NCBI GenBank assembly: GCA_976551045.1
Contig: CDPCPM010000107.1
Location: forward strand, 3,162,001 to 3,226,000
From: Glaucostegus cemiculus
Taxonomy: Eukaryota
Direction of reading: 5' to 3'
Length of the DNA: 64,000 bases
Positions 24,897 to 38,149 of the stretch are shown here, one piece after another. A program made the position numbers and the translations under genes. The notes under the pieces were generated by a model. That model was not told the DNA's origin. It did no database searches and saw only the letters and a program-made list of their open reading frames with translations. Each line of letters begins with the position of its first letter. Position 1 is the first letter of the stretch.

Positions 24897-25784
24897 ATTA
24901 TGTCGCCTGTAATGTTCAGCATAACATCCCTGGTTTTCTATTCAATGCCTCTATTTGGAAAGCTCAAGATTTCATTTATTTCTTTAACCACTCTCTCAAT
25001 ACACCCCACCACCCTCAAAGATCTCTGCGCACAACCTCCATATCCTTTTGACCCTGCACAGTCTACATCCTTTCTGCCAAAATGCATCATATCTACGGTA
25101 AATTCTATCTGCAACTAGTTTCCATCCAGCAGCTGGTTTGTGTTCTGTGGCAGTCGACTTGCATCACCCTCCGTTTATCACATATCCAAATTTAGTATCA
25201 TCAACAAATTTTGAAGCTTAGTAATCTTCCATTTTTGTATAATCAAAACCAACCAGTGGGGAAGACCACCGTTTATCATCCTCCTGTCTGAAAGACAAAT
25301 ATTTTTTATAATGATTTGCTGTTTTACATTAAATCATTTTTCTTATCCAAGCTGATACTGATCCCCTTACATCTTGATGCTCAATTTTTCCCCAGGTTCT
25401 TTGCAAATATTTCCCTAACATCCATGTAGACAGCATCCACTGCATTCCACACATCAATATTCTGTAACTGCAAACAAATCTTTGAATGAAGTAAGTCACT
25501 ATTTGCCTTACATAGATTTGTGCAGGCTCTCGTTCATTATCTCAAGCTTCTCTGAGCATGCAAGAATATTTTTCGTCCCGTTTATAATTTCAATAACCTT
25601 ATTCACCACTGATGTTAAACTATTTTGCCTGCAATTATTAGGAATTTCTTTAAACCCTTTCCTGAATGTAAGCTGCCGCTGGCTCTCCATTTTTATAGAA
25701 GATTATGGCAATCAATCTGAGATACAAACCATGAGATCAGGTAACTTGTCCACTCTAAAGCATGGCCAGTTTTTCCAGTACATC

Positions 25785-26751
25785 ATTGAACATAGAACAG
25801 TACAACATAATACAGGCCCTTCGGCCCACAATGTTGTGCTGACCTTTAAACCTTGCCTAAGACTACCTAACCCCTTCCTCCCACATATCCACTGTCCACT
25901 CCATCTATTCCTCCTAATATTTTGTACACCTTTATCATGTCTCCTCTCATCCTCCTTCTCTCCAAAGAGTAAAGCCCTAGCTCCCTTAGTCTCTCCTCAT
26001 AATCCATACTCTCTAAACCAGGCAGCATCCTAGTAAATCTCCTATGCACCCTTTCCAACACTTCCACATCCTTCCTATAATGAGGTGACCAGAACTGGAC
26101 ACAGTACTCTAAGTGTGGTCTAACCAGAGTTTTATAGAGCTGCAGCATTACCTCACGACTCTTAAACTCGATCCTTCGACTTATGAAAGCTAACACCCCA
26201 TAAGCTTTCTTAACTACCCTATCCATCTGTGAGCTAACTTTCAGGGCTCTGTGGATGTGAACCCCCAGATCCCTCTGCTCCTTCACGCTGCCAAGAATCT
26301 TGCCAGTAACTTTGTACTCTGCCTTGAAGTTTGTCCTTCCAAAGTGTACTGCCTCAAACTTCTCCTGATTGAACTCCATCTGCCACTCTCAGCCTAGCTC
26401 TGCATCCTATCAATGTCCCTCTGCAATCTTCGACAATCCTCCACACTATCCACAACACCACACCAACCTTTGTGCCACCTGCAAACTATCCAACCCACCC
26501 TTCTACCCCCTCATTCAAGTCATTAATAAAAGTCAAGAAAAGCAGAGGTCACAGGACCAATCCTTGTGGGACACCACTAGTCACAGCCCTCCAATCTGAA
26601 TACACTCCCTCCACCACAACCCTCTGCTTTCTACAGGAAAACCAATTCTGAATCCACATGGCCAAGCTTCACTGGATCCCATGCCCTCTGAACTTCTGAA
26701 GAAACCTACCCCGTGGAACCTTGTCAAATGCCTTACTAAAATCCATGTAGC
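25785..26751 (-). mobile_element. Younger CR1 LINE, 5'-truncated (RT C-terminus and 3' tail), nested in the old CR1
   Basis: ORF 25867-26379 MEFNQEK...EQRDLGV...LYKTLVRPHLEYCVQFWSP...LERRRMRGD is a classic CR1 ORF2 C-terminus. Tail GTGGGCCGAAGGGCCTGT...TTCTATG. Flanking TACATC at 25779-25784 and 26752-26757 is a candidate target-site duplication (TSD). Confidence 0.95.
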
Positions 26752-28765
26752 TACATCCTGCTTATCATTTTTCACCCCACCCATTACATCCTAAGCCCAG
26801 CTTTTACTGATACTGAACACCAATACTAAATACTCATCAAGCATTCTAGCCTCATCCTGTACATGTAATCATACCTTTGTCTGCAACAAATCCTACTCTG
26901 CCTCATGCTATCTATTCATTATTTACATGGTGGTGAAAAATCTTTGGGTTCCCTTTAACTGTCATTCCACTCTCAAGTTCTCTCTTTACAAGTCTTACTC
27001 TCTTCTTCATTGCCATTCTCAATTGAGTTTGATCTGGCTTTTGCTTGATAAATTCCCTGACACACATGAAACACTTTTTTCCTTCATTATATCGTCTATT
27101 TCTCCTCAGCATCCAAGGAACCCTGACTTTGGTTCTTCCAGCTGTTCCTCATGAAATGTTTTCAGCCTATACCTGAGACACCTCCTTCCATTCCAGCTTT
27201 TTTGATCTCATTTTACTGTGGCTAAATCCTCCCTCAGCCCACTGAAATAAGCCCTCCTTCAGTTTAGAAATTCTCCTTTTAAGTTGTTCCTTGTTCTCAC
27301 CGATGTTAATCTAAGCATGAATGATCCCTTTTATCCAAGTGTTTTTCCATAGAAACTTGGCCAAACTCATATCCACCACTGATCCACCACCGCCCCCTAT
27401 GTTGGTGGTCAATGAAATTATGAACAGATTTTGGAAATTCTTCCCCATGTTTCCCATAGTTACACAAATATCATTTTGGAATAAAAGTCCCCTTATATGG
27501 CCACTCTAGACTTCTTCTACATCTCTACAACTTGCCTACAGATTTATACCTATAACTTTGTCTTACTATTTGAAGGCCAATAAAATATCCCCAAATAGCA
27601 TGATCAAATCTCTTTGGCTTCTCAACCGTAACTCAATGGATTCTGTCCTTGTTCCCACAATACACCCTCTTTCCAACGCTGCAAACTCTTCCCTAATCAG
27701 GACTGCCACCTCACCACCCCTTCTTCTGTTTTTAATCTTTTCTGGGTGCACTGAATCCATGAACGCCTACCACCCATTTTTGTATCATAATCTCACAGGG
27801 CTATCCATACCTGCAGCTCATCAACCTGATTTATTTGTGCATTTATTTACTTGTCCTTTGACAGAATCAGTGAATAAACTTACAATATGTTTTTTACTGC
27901 ATGCAGAATAATCTTAAAATTTAACTTGCCTGCTCCACTGATCAACTTTGCTCCATTCTGTGGAGATGATTATCAACACTTTTTTTCCCCCTTTTAGTTC
28001 CTCCTGTCCCATTTGGATCTGGTGACCTTCTAAGCAACTATATGAATTCCTTACTCTTCCCTTTCCTCTATTGACTCACAGAGAAAAATGTAAATAAACT
28101 TTCAGTAATTTCTTTTAATCATTTTTATAGTTAATTATTTTCCTTCATTCCATTTTAGCTTGGGCACAAATATTTCCCAGTTTATTGCTTTTAGTAAAGG
28201 TATTCTGAACTATTTACCATCTAAGTTACAAATAACCATCTTAAACTAGATGACAGTGGCTTAGATAAATATTCTTATGTCTAACAGTTATCTGCTATGA
28301 GCTAAATCATCAAATATTGGCAGGCAATATTTTAAAACATTGATACTGGAATAAATGAACAATATTACAAATCAAGATACAAAATGCAAGAAAAGGCCAT
28401 GCGCTCTCCAAAGCCTATAAATACCTCTGCTGGACCTATTACATCTATTTGGTTCCTCAGCATCTGAAACAAGAATAGCACCAACAATATTTGTCATAGG
28501 TTGCTTGGTTAACGTACCCAAAACTCACAGTAGCACAGGGAATTCTAAGAGTTCAACTGACTCTCAAGTCAGGCTGTGTTAAGGGAGTTATCCAAGAGAC
28601 CTACAAGGTACAACTACTTAGCAAGAGGAGGCTACACCAACTGAATCCATCTGTTGGCACTAGCAAGCATCTTCAAAGATAGAGGAGAGGCATTTTCCAA
28701 TAGATTCTGTAAACTCTCAATGCCATTAACAAAAGTATTCCCCATAACTTGCTGGTAAGTGAAGT

Positions 28766-29027
28766 AGATAAGATCTTTATTAGTCACATGTACATCAAAA
28801 CACAGTGAAATACACCTTTTTGCGTAGTAGTTTTTGGGGGGGGCAGCCCGCAAGTGTCGCCACGCTTCCTGCGCCAACATAGCACGCCCACAACTTCCTA
28901 ACCTGTACGTCTTTGGAATGTGGGAGGAAACCGGAGTACCAGGAGGAAACCCACACAGACACGGGGAGAACGTACAAACTTCTTACAGGCAGTGGCCGAA
29001 TTTGAACCCGGGTCGCTGGCGCTGTAA
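28766..29027 (-). mobile_element. tRNA-derived V-SINE, slightly 5'-truncated, tail type B
   Basis: CAGCGACCCGGGTTCAAATTC (B box), V-domain, and tail TTTCACTGTG...GTACATGTGACTAATAAAGATCTTATCT. Many CpGs are intact, so it is probably young. Confidence 0.9.
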
Positions 29028-30949
29028 ATTACCACTGAGTGTAGCTTACTGGCAAAAGAATCGAAGGGGAATTGATGAGCATATCGAAAGAGATTATTTT
29101 GCAGGAGAGCAAGGAAGGAAGGAAGGAGAAAGGGAATAGGACTTACTGAGATTGCTCAGTAAGCTGATATGGCCTCCTCATGTATTGCTATGAGGGAATA
29201 GAACAAATGGCTTGCTGTTTGACCTCAACTGAAATCATGCAGTTTCAAAAAGTGTTAACTCCTACATCAGTTTCAACATCAGCAGAGTCTATAACAATTT
29301 CAATTGATATGCAGGATTTTTTTTTTTGATTTATCAAGGGAACTTCCACAACTAAAATAAAAAACAAAAATGCTGAAATAGTGTGTCAACATCTGAAAAC
29401 AGTAAAGATAGCATTACTATTTTTGGTGAAATTCCTTTCCCAAGCATTAAAAGGTGGGATAGCAGCTTATCTTTTATGTTGCCTCAGATAAGATTCTGGC
29501 TGCTGTGTAAAGATCATTTTTGATTGATCTACTTCCTGAACTGTCTGAAAGAGGGGTTGAAATTGCCAGAACAAATCTGGGTCAATGAATATGTCTTGGG
29601 GTCAAAGCTTTCAGACTTTCAATCATCTTTTGTTGTTGCTTTTAACATTCTCATCCAAATTGCCATATTGGCACTGTTGCTTCTCCTTCAGAAGTATGGT
29701 TGTGTTCGGATCATATACAAACTGACCAATAAAACCTTCAGAGCAAACTTCAAATAGGTTATCACCCATTCAGGATTTATCCCCTTTTCTGCAGAAAAGG
29801 AAGAATTCAAACAGTAGAATTCAGATGAAGTTCCATTTGTTATCTGTCAGAACATCTGATCAGCCTATCTCTTTCACCATCTCTTCTACAATCTCTAGTC
29901 CCATGGCATTAAACATTCACGGTATAATTCTGGACATTCCTAATACAGCCAACTTCTCTCATAAAAATTTATTTTCTTCCAGATATGAATACACTTGCAT
30001 TTATTTGGTGCCTCACATGATTTCAAGATGTCTCAAATGTTTATTGGCCAATGAGATACTTTTTATGTTATGTTACTAATGTATCCTAGGAAATGATGTT
30101 GTCAAATTGCAAATGCCAATAACAGGAACGAGTTTTTTTTAAAAGAGAGGTTTCACTTGAAGGAGACATGCTGACGAAGACATTTGAAAAACACTTCTTC
30201 ATACTACATACTGATGTTTGGGGTCCATGTAACCAATATGGCTTGTTTTTTTTGGCTTTATCCCTAGTCCCCCAAGTTATGTGTGTGTTTTTTTGGCTTT
30301 ATTTATTTGTTTTAAAAATAAATTGATTACAACTTCAAAACTTAAATTAAGACACTGTCCTCTGCATTCACCGTGATCTATATGGTTACATTGCTCTAAT
30401 GACACAGTCACCCACTGGCTCCCTCACTTTCCCACAATGACCAATGATGCTGACTGAATTGTTTGAGGAATGAGAAACCCTGTAGAGCAGGAATCTCCAA
30501 TAAGTGAAGCAAAATTAAATTTGCAAACCTCTCTTGTAGTAGTTTGAAGATTTGTTAACATAATCAATTTGACATCATCTGAAGACATAATAAAATAAAA
30601 TGTCTGTGTGTCCCACACATTAGTCAGCAATGAAACAAGTGAGAAATCAGAACTTCAGCATGTAGTTTACACTCTTGGTTTTTTCCTTAAAGTCCTCATG
30701 GGAGGCCTCCCCCATAGCCCAAAGGGGGCCTAATTTCCCCCAATAAAAACCAATATATGTGAACACATTTGACAGGTGATCCATCTGTGAGAGATTTTGT
30801 TTGCTTTGGACTTATTCAGTTTAGGAAATGGGGAAAATAAACATGAAGACTCAACAGGAATGATTTGGACAAAAAAACTTGGGCCAAATTGCTACATCAC
30901 TTTGTGATCTGATGTAAGCCTATTTCCCCAAATGCCACTCAACACTATT

Positions 30950-31475
30950 TGAATTACCAATGGTTGGGTGAAAGGGCAATTTTAGAACAAAATGATGCAG
31001 CACAGGCCATGAATAACGACCTTCTTTCAAAGCTTCCTGGACACCTTGCACAATGTAAACCTATTGACAGTGTGACAGACATTGATGAGGCTGTACATTT
31101 TCCTGTTGAACTTTTAAACTCCCTGTCACCACCTGGTGTGCCATCACATAATATTGAATTAAAAGGAGTTCCAATCAAGCTACTCAGCAATCCTATACAA
31201 CAGCACAAGATAATTAGTTCAAAAATTACCAGCACATACATTCGAGGTTATAACAGTAATGCTGTTGGGGAAAACATCTTCATCCCTCACATACCAATTC
31301 CCCCATCTGATCTACCTTTTCATTTCAAGTGAATTCAGTTCCCTGTTCAATGTAGTTCTGCCATGAGCATTAACAAGGTGCAAGGACAATCTCTAGAGGT
31401 TGTTGACCTTGATCTCGAAACTCAATGCTTTTCCCATGGTCAAGTTATATGTTGCTTCTACCAGAGTTGGAGATA
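30950..31475 (+). mobile_element. Helitron RepHel PIF1-family helicase C-terminal fragment (pseudogenised)
   Basis: DEAVHFPVELLNSLSPPGVPSHNIELK-GVPIKLL...GENIFIPHIPIPPSDLPFHFK*IQFPV...AMSINKVQGQSL...DL...CFSHGQ/LYVAS-RVG covers PIF1 helicase motifs V-VI of Helitrons. It has no introns, an in-frame TGA at 31330-31332 and frameshifts. Confidence 0.9.
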
Positions 31476-32019
31476 AAAATAATCTTTATATTTTTATATC
31501 AAATTTGAAAGAAAGTATAGAAAATATTCTGAAGCACTTCAACACTGAAGTCAAGTAGATTTACACAATGTACATAGCTACAAATGTATTTAAAGAGAAC
31601 TATACTAAATGTAGTTTCTGTATACATATTTATTTTCAGTGTGTAGTTTTTATTGGTAACTTTAGTTAAATTACATAATTTTGACCCCCTAAAAATATTT
31701 ATGGAATATTGTTATTTATATATTTAAGTTAGATTTTACTTCATTTACAAGGAGTGTTATAACACCTGATTACATGGAAATAAAATGCAAAATTCACGAT
31801 GGCCAGCATAATAACCCAAGCAATAAAAATCAAAATTCAGAATATAAACATGATTTTCAATTACAAATAAGTCACAGATTTGAGAATTGGTAAATTCAAG
31901 TTTTTAGAAACAACCAAAGCACTAGTTTTCCTATTGTACATCTAAATTAAAGGAAACATGAACGGTACTTAACAGTTTCTTGACTATCTGCTTCATTTTT
32001 TTTAAATTGCTTGTTTCAC

Positions 32020-32540
32020 TTCACAATTGATAAAGCACAGACTGTCAGCAGAGCTCAGGTACCTGAAAGCTATTTGCGCAAGGAGAGCAGGTGCTGACTG
32101 GCAATTGTCAAGCATGTGTGAAAAGGACTTGTTGTCACGCACAGCCTTCCTGAAAAGCTCATTCCACTGGAAAGATCAGGCTAAAAGCACTTGCTTCGTA
32201 CCATGATTACGAGAGGCAAATCCCTAGGTTGGCCTTCCATTGAGATCAGTGTAACAATGTAACTGTCCCATTTTATCAGTGTACATGGAGGTGCCGATGG
32301 TCATTTGTCTAATTATCTGGCATGTTCTACGAATGAAGCATGCACCAGGGGAAAGAAACTAGGAAAAAAAGGCCACATGTAACCGTGCAACACAAGTCCC
32401 AAAGCGCTTTATTACAGTTTTTAATCTGTTAAATTGCTGACGAGATATACCTAGACCCAATATTTAATGAGCCTTCTCTCTCAAGCTTTTTTGGCAACAG
32501 AGCGACCGTAGATTAATTGAACCTCTGGGATTTTGTTTTG
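32020..32540. promoter_or_regulatory. Candidate conserved non-coding element / enhancer
   Basis: Repeat-free block with retained CpGs and clustered TGTCA, GATAA/TTATC, CAGGTG/CATGTG and TAATT motifs between very AT-rich flanks. Confidence 0.45.
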
Positions 32541-34204
32541 TGTTATATAAGCCACTTTGGAGTCCCTCATTTTGCATGGCAAAATGGATAAAAATCATAA
32601 GACATTGTCCACTTTCTTTGAAAAAAAATCATAATATAATCAACTTGTACTGAAATAAGATATTCAACAAGGTATTTACAAAGATTTTAATTATTTTTCG
32701 TTACTTAATTGGAGGATGATTCTTTTGGGTTTTATGTGCATTCAAATAATTTCAAATCATTCATTATCTTGTTCATGCACCATAGTGAGGGAATTTATCT
32801 GATCAAAGATAAAGCATCTGTACATTACATTGGCAGGAATTGATGATAAGGCCATCTGTGTCAAATGCAATTAATGTACTGGTAATATTACAAATACAAA
32901 ATCAAAAACATCAAATTAGTTGAGTAAAACAACAAAATAAACCACATACTCTCTATACGTAGGAAGACTGATTCAATTTATTTTAGACAGAACATTTGTC
33001 CTTACTTATAACAACATCCTAACATTATCAATCAATGGCACTACAATGCCTGCAGTTAAGTACTAATGATTCTAATCCCTCTCTATTACTTGATATAACC
33101 ACAAATCTAGAAAAATGTGTCTAATTCATATTAGCATCTGCCAATAATGTTCCTACAGGCGGGTTTCTTCACAACCCATGTGTTAATGCAAAGCTTTAGA
33201 AAGAGGCAAATCTATTTCAAGTTCACTCAGTGCTCTGGACAGCTCCTATTTCTGCACAGGCACTATTTTAGTGCTCTTTTACTGATATCAAAACATGATA
33301 GAAGCATCTTGAAAACATGACATTTGTCTTGCTCATGACCCAACATGCTTCTACACAATCTGTTGCTGCTTCCTATGTGATTTAAGACTGTTACTCAGCT
33401 ACATTTGCAAACAGATTGTCTAACATCTGCGCCACGTCAGCATTACTGTTTAATAACATTTTCTAAACTCAAAGCTGATGCAATCAGACTGGGCAACCAT
33501 CTACAATCTTCATCGGCTGACAAAAAAAAAAGTTTAAGAAAATCCTGTGGTTTATTCTATACAAGAATTCTGTCACAGGAGTATTTGTCCAATCTTGCAA
33601 AACAAGAATGAAATAATTGTTGTTGGTGTCACAGCCATGTTTTTCACATACACAGAATTATTGCGCATGATACAGTCCTTCAAAGTATATCAGCTAAACC
33701 ACTAGGAGTGTTTTTGCAATTCTGTTCAACCCTTCTCTCTTGATTTGCAAGACAGCACCCTGAAATTGATGATAACTATTTCATTGCGCTTTGAGGAAAC
33801 ATCTTACAGTATAGCATGAAAACAACAACCACTCTGACAAAATTAAATCAATTCCACATACTATTGTCTTAAAATAAAACCCAAATTAAATGAATTAACC
33901 ATCAATTTTGAGAGGTGTATGTTATTCCCTTATACCAATGAAGGGGCTGTATAAATTCCAGTCATTAAGATGTGTGCAAAATAGATGTAGGTGAAACAAA
34001 CACAAGGGTTAAAAATAATTTGCAACTTCTTATAATCTAGAACATGCAGTTTTGGTGCAGAAAGATATTTGAATGTACAGAGAAGAGGATCACATTTTTC
34101 AATGACGTGTGAATAGTTAGCATGGCATCAAGTAATGCTACCCACCATCACCTTGTTTTTCTATTATTATATTTATATTATATATTATTATATTTTATTA
34201 TTAT

Positions 34205-34448
34205 GGGCGGCACGATAGCGTAGCGGTTAGTGCGACGCTGTTACAGCGCCAGTGATCGCGTTCGATTCCCGTTGCTGACTGTAAGGAATTTGTACATTCT
34301 TCCGTGTCTGCGTGGGTTTCCTCCGGGTGCTCCGGTTTCCTCCCACATTCTAGACGTACGGGTAGGTTAATTTGGGCGTTTAAAATGGGCGGCGCAGACT
34401 CGTTGGGCCGAAAGGGCTTGTTACCACACTGTAAGTAAAAATTTTAAG
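34205..34448 (+). mobile_element. Full-length tRNA-derived V-SINE (HE1-like), tail type A
   Basis: GGGCGGCACGATAGCGTAGCGG (A box), GTTCGATTCCC (B box), V-domain, and tail TTGGGCCGAAAGGGCTTGTT. Candidate TSD TTTTATTATTA at 34193-34203 and 34449-34459. Confidence 0.92.
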
Positions 34449-35025
34449 TTTTATTATTACTTTCATGCCTGCATCACGTCACCAAGTAGCAAAAGCAAAA
34501 AGATTATATACCATAAGAAAATCAGACGCTACTAGACTAAAATCTGAGTGTTGTTGTTGATATCTACAACCCTGTTTGAGCTTTAGAATTATGTTTAAAA
34601 TGTCATCAGAACTTTTCAGCTGAATTACTAGCAGCCACCTGTTCTATTTTCAATTTAAGAAGGCTCCTATTATTATATAGGAAGAATAGTTCTGTCATTC
34701 TGTGGAACATTCCAGTGCAGGCTACTAATTCTATTTGCTGCAGTTTAAAAGGAAGCTGTAATTGAATTTCAATGTCAAAGTAAAAACTATGGAAGTTGAG
34801 ATGCGTTAGTTAAAATTAAGTCAACTTTTTCCAGCATCAACATAACTGAGCAGTGTATTTATTTGTCTATTGTTCTTTTACACTGAATGATCAGGACGCA
34901 GGATCAGGACAAGAGAGCCCACATGGGTTCTTAAGATTTTATGAGGAACATTACCAAATTAAATCTAAATGTTAAAGTGAGACAATACAAACATGAAAAT
35001 TTTGTAGTATTGTAGAACGAATCAT

Positions 35026-35123
35026 GGGGAAGGGAGTAGTGGGGAAGGGAGTAGTGGGGAAGGGAGTAGTGGGGAAGGGAGTAGTGGGGAAGGGAGTAGT
35101 GGGGAAGGGAGTAGTGGGGAAGG
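35026..35123 (+). repeat. Perfect 15-bp minisatellite (GGGGAAGGGAGTAGT) x6.5
   Basis: Six identical units plus an 8-bp partial unit, read directly from the sequence. Confidence 0.98.
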
Positions 35124-36079
35124 AAAGTTAAAGTTCACTTTGTAATTAGAAATGCAATTACAGAGCACCTGTAAAGAGATGATAATGCATCTAAAATCAG
35201 CACCAAGTACAGCTCCTTTGATAAATGCCTCACAGCAAAACGCTACAATCAAAAATCAACTTAGGTAACAGCAGCTGGAGGTAGTTGTTGCTGTGGTGAT
35301 GAGGAACATGGGACTGGTAATGATGCAAAAGCTGCCATAAGGGAAAATAAGTGAAACAAAGACAAAGATTCATTCTGATTCTCAAATACAAAATTTTTTT
35401 AAAGTAATAAAAGACCAATTTTATTTTTCAAATAAGTTATAACTGAAATTCCCTATTAATTAGTTTACAAATCTTGCCATTATTCTGTTAAATCATAATT
35501 AAGGGAAAGACAACAAAACTTTTGAAAAAATCTGCACATTTATACCACATCCAAACATAGTGGAAACTCCTGACCTTGTTTTGTACGCTATTAAACAAGA
35601 CAGATTCCCAGCAAGTCTTCCCCTGGCAGATGCTTTATTCAATGTTTACTCTTATAATTAGCAGAATGTTAGTTTGTAAATAATGAACATTAAAATAGCC
35701 CCAACACCCCCATTTCCCCCCACATGGTATAATTTATTTATTGATGCACTGTACTTCACTTTATTTCAACACCAAACCCAACACTAGTGCATTGTCTAAG
35801 TGTTTAAACCAAGGGTCTAAAACACAAAGAATGCTTTCTTTGTATAAAAGTAAAGTTTCTGTTATAACTGATATTTCTGGACTACTGATAAGACTCTCAT
35901 TTGGCATTTTTCCATACCATACTAGACAGCAAAATCTACCCCCTTTTTTTTCAGCAAACCAATCGCTCTACCATTAATTCCAAACTGGAACAAAAAGTTC
36001 AGAATTAGTCATAAAGAGGCCATGCGGTGCAGGCTCAACTACAATGAAATCACATTTACAATTAAACAATTTCAAAATG

Positions 36080-36760
36080 TGCAATGAAATGACAAAGCAA
36101 CACCAAACTACACCAGACCTCAATTTCAATCAGGACAACTAGTAATCACATCTTGCAACAGAACCAAATAAGGAGATAGTTCGACAAAGGCTTGATCTAA
36201 AATATCCATTTCAATGTGCATCTTAAAAGAAGAGGTAGAGGCAGAATTCCAGAGCTTGGAATCTAAGCAGCTGACGATATAGCAGAGCAAAGATAACCTA
36301 GGGTGGGTGGGAGAGAGCAGGAGGAATGGAGACTTCTCAGGAGAATATAGAGCTGGTGGTTATGGATGAAGGGAGGGGGTGGGACCTTGAAAAAAAAATG
36401 AAAATCATAAGAAATTTGAAATTAAAGCATTGCTCACCCAGGTGCCAATATCAGTGAAGAACCATAGAGGCAATCAGAGAATGAACATGCTATGCATACA
36501 GAACAGGTACCACCATTTTGAACAAATTTGTTTACAAAGGATGGAGGGTAAGGTCCTGACTGGGAAAGCACTGAAATGATTTGGTCTATTGGGAACGAAA
36601 GGATGGTTCAGGAATTCAACTTCAAATGTGGAGAAAGGGCAGAACCAGGTGGTCTTGGTGATGCACAGGATGTTGGCTTGGAAGCTCAGTTAAAAGTCAT
36701 GTATAGAACTATGACAGCAAATAGTTCAGCCCAAGAGTTAAGGTTAGACTGAACTCATTT
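36080..36760 (-). mobile_element. L2-clade LINE 3' region remnant
   Basis: GACAAAGGCTTGATC...GAGGTAGAGGCAGAATTCCAGAGCTTGG..CTAAGCAGCTGA resembles the antisense 3' region of elasmobranch L2 elements. A similar piece lies at 59940-60050. Confidence 0.55.
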
Positions 36761-37349
36761 CAAGCATCGATGGAGTCTATACCAAAGGCAACCATCACTT
36801 ATTCTAACTTCACAATTGGGAACATGCTAAAATTGTAAGATTGGAAAAGGGATGTAGAAGAACTGATTCTTTACAATGGCACGAATACCAATGGACTCAC
36901 TGTTTCATTTGTCAAAAACAGTAACTATTAGTAAAAACAATGGCTGCTCCATGGAGGTATTTTGCGAATGCCCTAGAATAGAACCTGCAATCCTCTGGCA
37001 GAAAAATATGGCTCCTACACGTCTCGAATGTATCCTACTGAAGAAAGGAAGGAAAATTAACTCCACTACTTAATTTCTCAACTTCTATTGTTACCGATTA
37101 AATTAATGGACTTGTTTGATGGAAATTGTATAATTTATTGCACAAATAGTTCATCCCGCAGATATCATCTAAGTCATGCTGTCTCAGAAGGCTCAGAAAT
37201 AAGCCTTAAAAGGATGTAGCATTAGTTTTGACAATTTGTATTCTCAGCTCAGATTGGTGCATTCAGCAACTCTCCACAGCTATATTAAAGCTAGTAAGAT
37301 AACTATCTTAAAAGGAAAAAATCAAGTTCAAAACAGTCAAATGGTTTTT

Positions 37350-37445
37350 GTAACTTACAGCAATTTTTATGTCTTGCATTGTACTGCTGCCACAAAACAA
37401 CAAATTTCACGACATGTCAGTGATAATAAACCTGATTCTGATTCA
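37350..37445 (+). mobile_element. LINE 3' tail fragment
   Basis: TGTACTGCTGCCACAAAACAACAAATTTCACGACATGTCAGTGATAATAAAC ending in (CTGATT)n, a typical AATAAA plus microsatellite LINE terminus. Confidence 0.6.
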
Positions 37446-38149
37446 AGTTATGCACAAATCACTGAAGGACAAAAATTCAGATTTTGAAACTGCAGTCCTT
37501 TAAGACTTCACCTGATGAGTTTTTCTACCTATTTTTCACAAGGGATAGTCTATGAATTTGGACTTCTTTTCAGGTAAATCTGACTTTATTGGATTAATGT
37601 GAAAATCATAGAACCACTTCCAAAATGATGTTTCCATTTATTATTTCAATGGTTCATAAGAGGCTTTTCTGTAAACTGGCAAATACTTGGTAATCAGCCA
37701 TGTACAGAGGCAGCATTTTCTGGGAAGAAACTTCTTGTTCAAAGCCACTACTTGCTTCACTTCTCTCAAAGAACATGAAGAGTCCTGCTCTGAATGAAAT
37801 ATTCCTCACACTTTACAAAGTTGAACAAGGCTCAGATGAAATTTTGTTACAATGTTCTCTGTTGTAGAGTACCTCACTGCTGATGTCATGTCCAAATGGA
37901 CAATAGGTTATGTTCCAGTGACCACTTGTGGAATGGTACCTTGACCGGGACTCAAATATTTTTGGCAAAGGGGGAAAATCTTTGGAAGAAAACATTGTGC
38001 AGGGCTTGTAATCCTTTATACTTGCTCTGTTTGCCCAAGATGTGAAGAAATGAACCATTAATGTTTACCTCTTAGTCAAAAAATTGACCTTAAATACCCT
38101 TACAGCTATAGTTGCCTTCCAGCAAATTAAGAACTATATTTCACAGAAC

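Larger units (their letters stand above)
24090..27760 (-). mobile_element. Old CR1 LINE (APE endonuclease to 3' end, deleted and interrupted by two nested insertions)
   Basis: Endonuclease-like RRRGGEVAVLIRE...TESIELRLR at 27566-27760; VKGNPKIF at ~26950; SLTSVVNKVIEII (decayed SLTSVVGKLLE) at ~25600; CR1-like 3' end near 24100-24150. Confidence 0.75.

Noticed and set aside
30949-31475. Cellular PIF1 helicase gene nested in the intron
   Set aside because: It is intronless, has a stop and frameshifts, and carries Helitron-type motifs (FPVEFLNSL-like, FSHGQLYVA).
34205-34275. tRNA genes at SINE heads (also near 24830-24896 and 45840-45905)
   Set aside because: The A and B boxes continue directly into V-domain and LINE-derived tails, so these are SINE heads rather than tRNA genes.
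35026-35123. CRISPR-like array or PSPLL-repeat protein
   Set aside because: The units are head-to-tail with no spacers, and the context is eukaryotic intron. The ORF is a by-product of a 15-bp tandem repeat.
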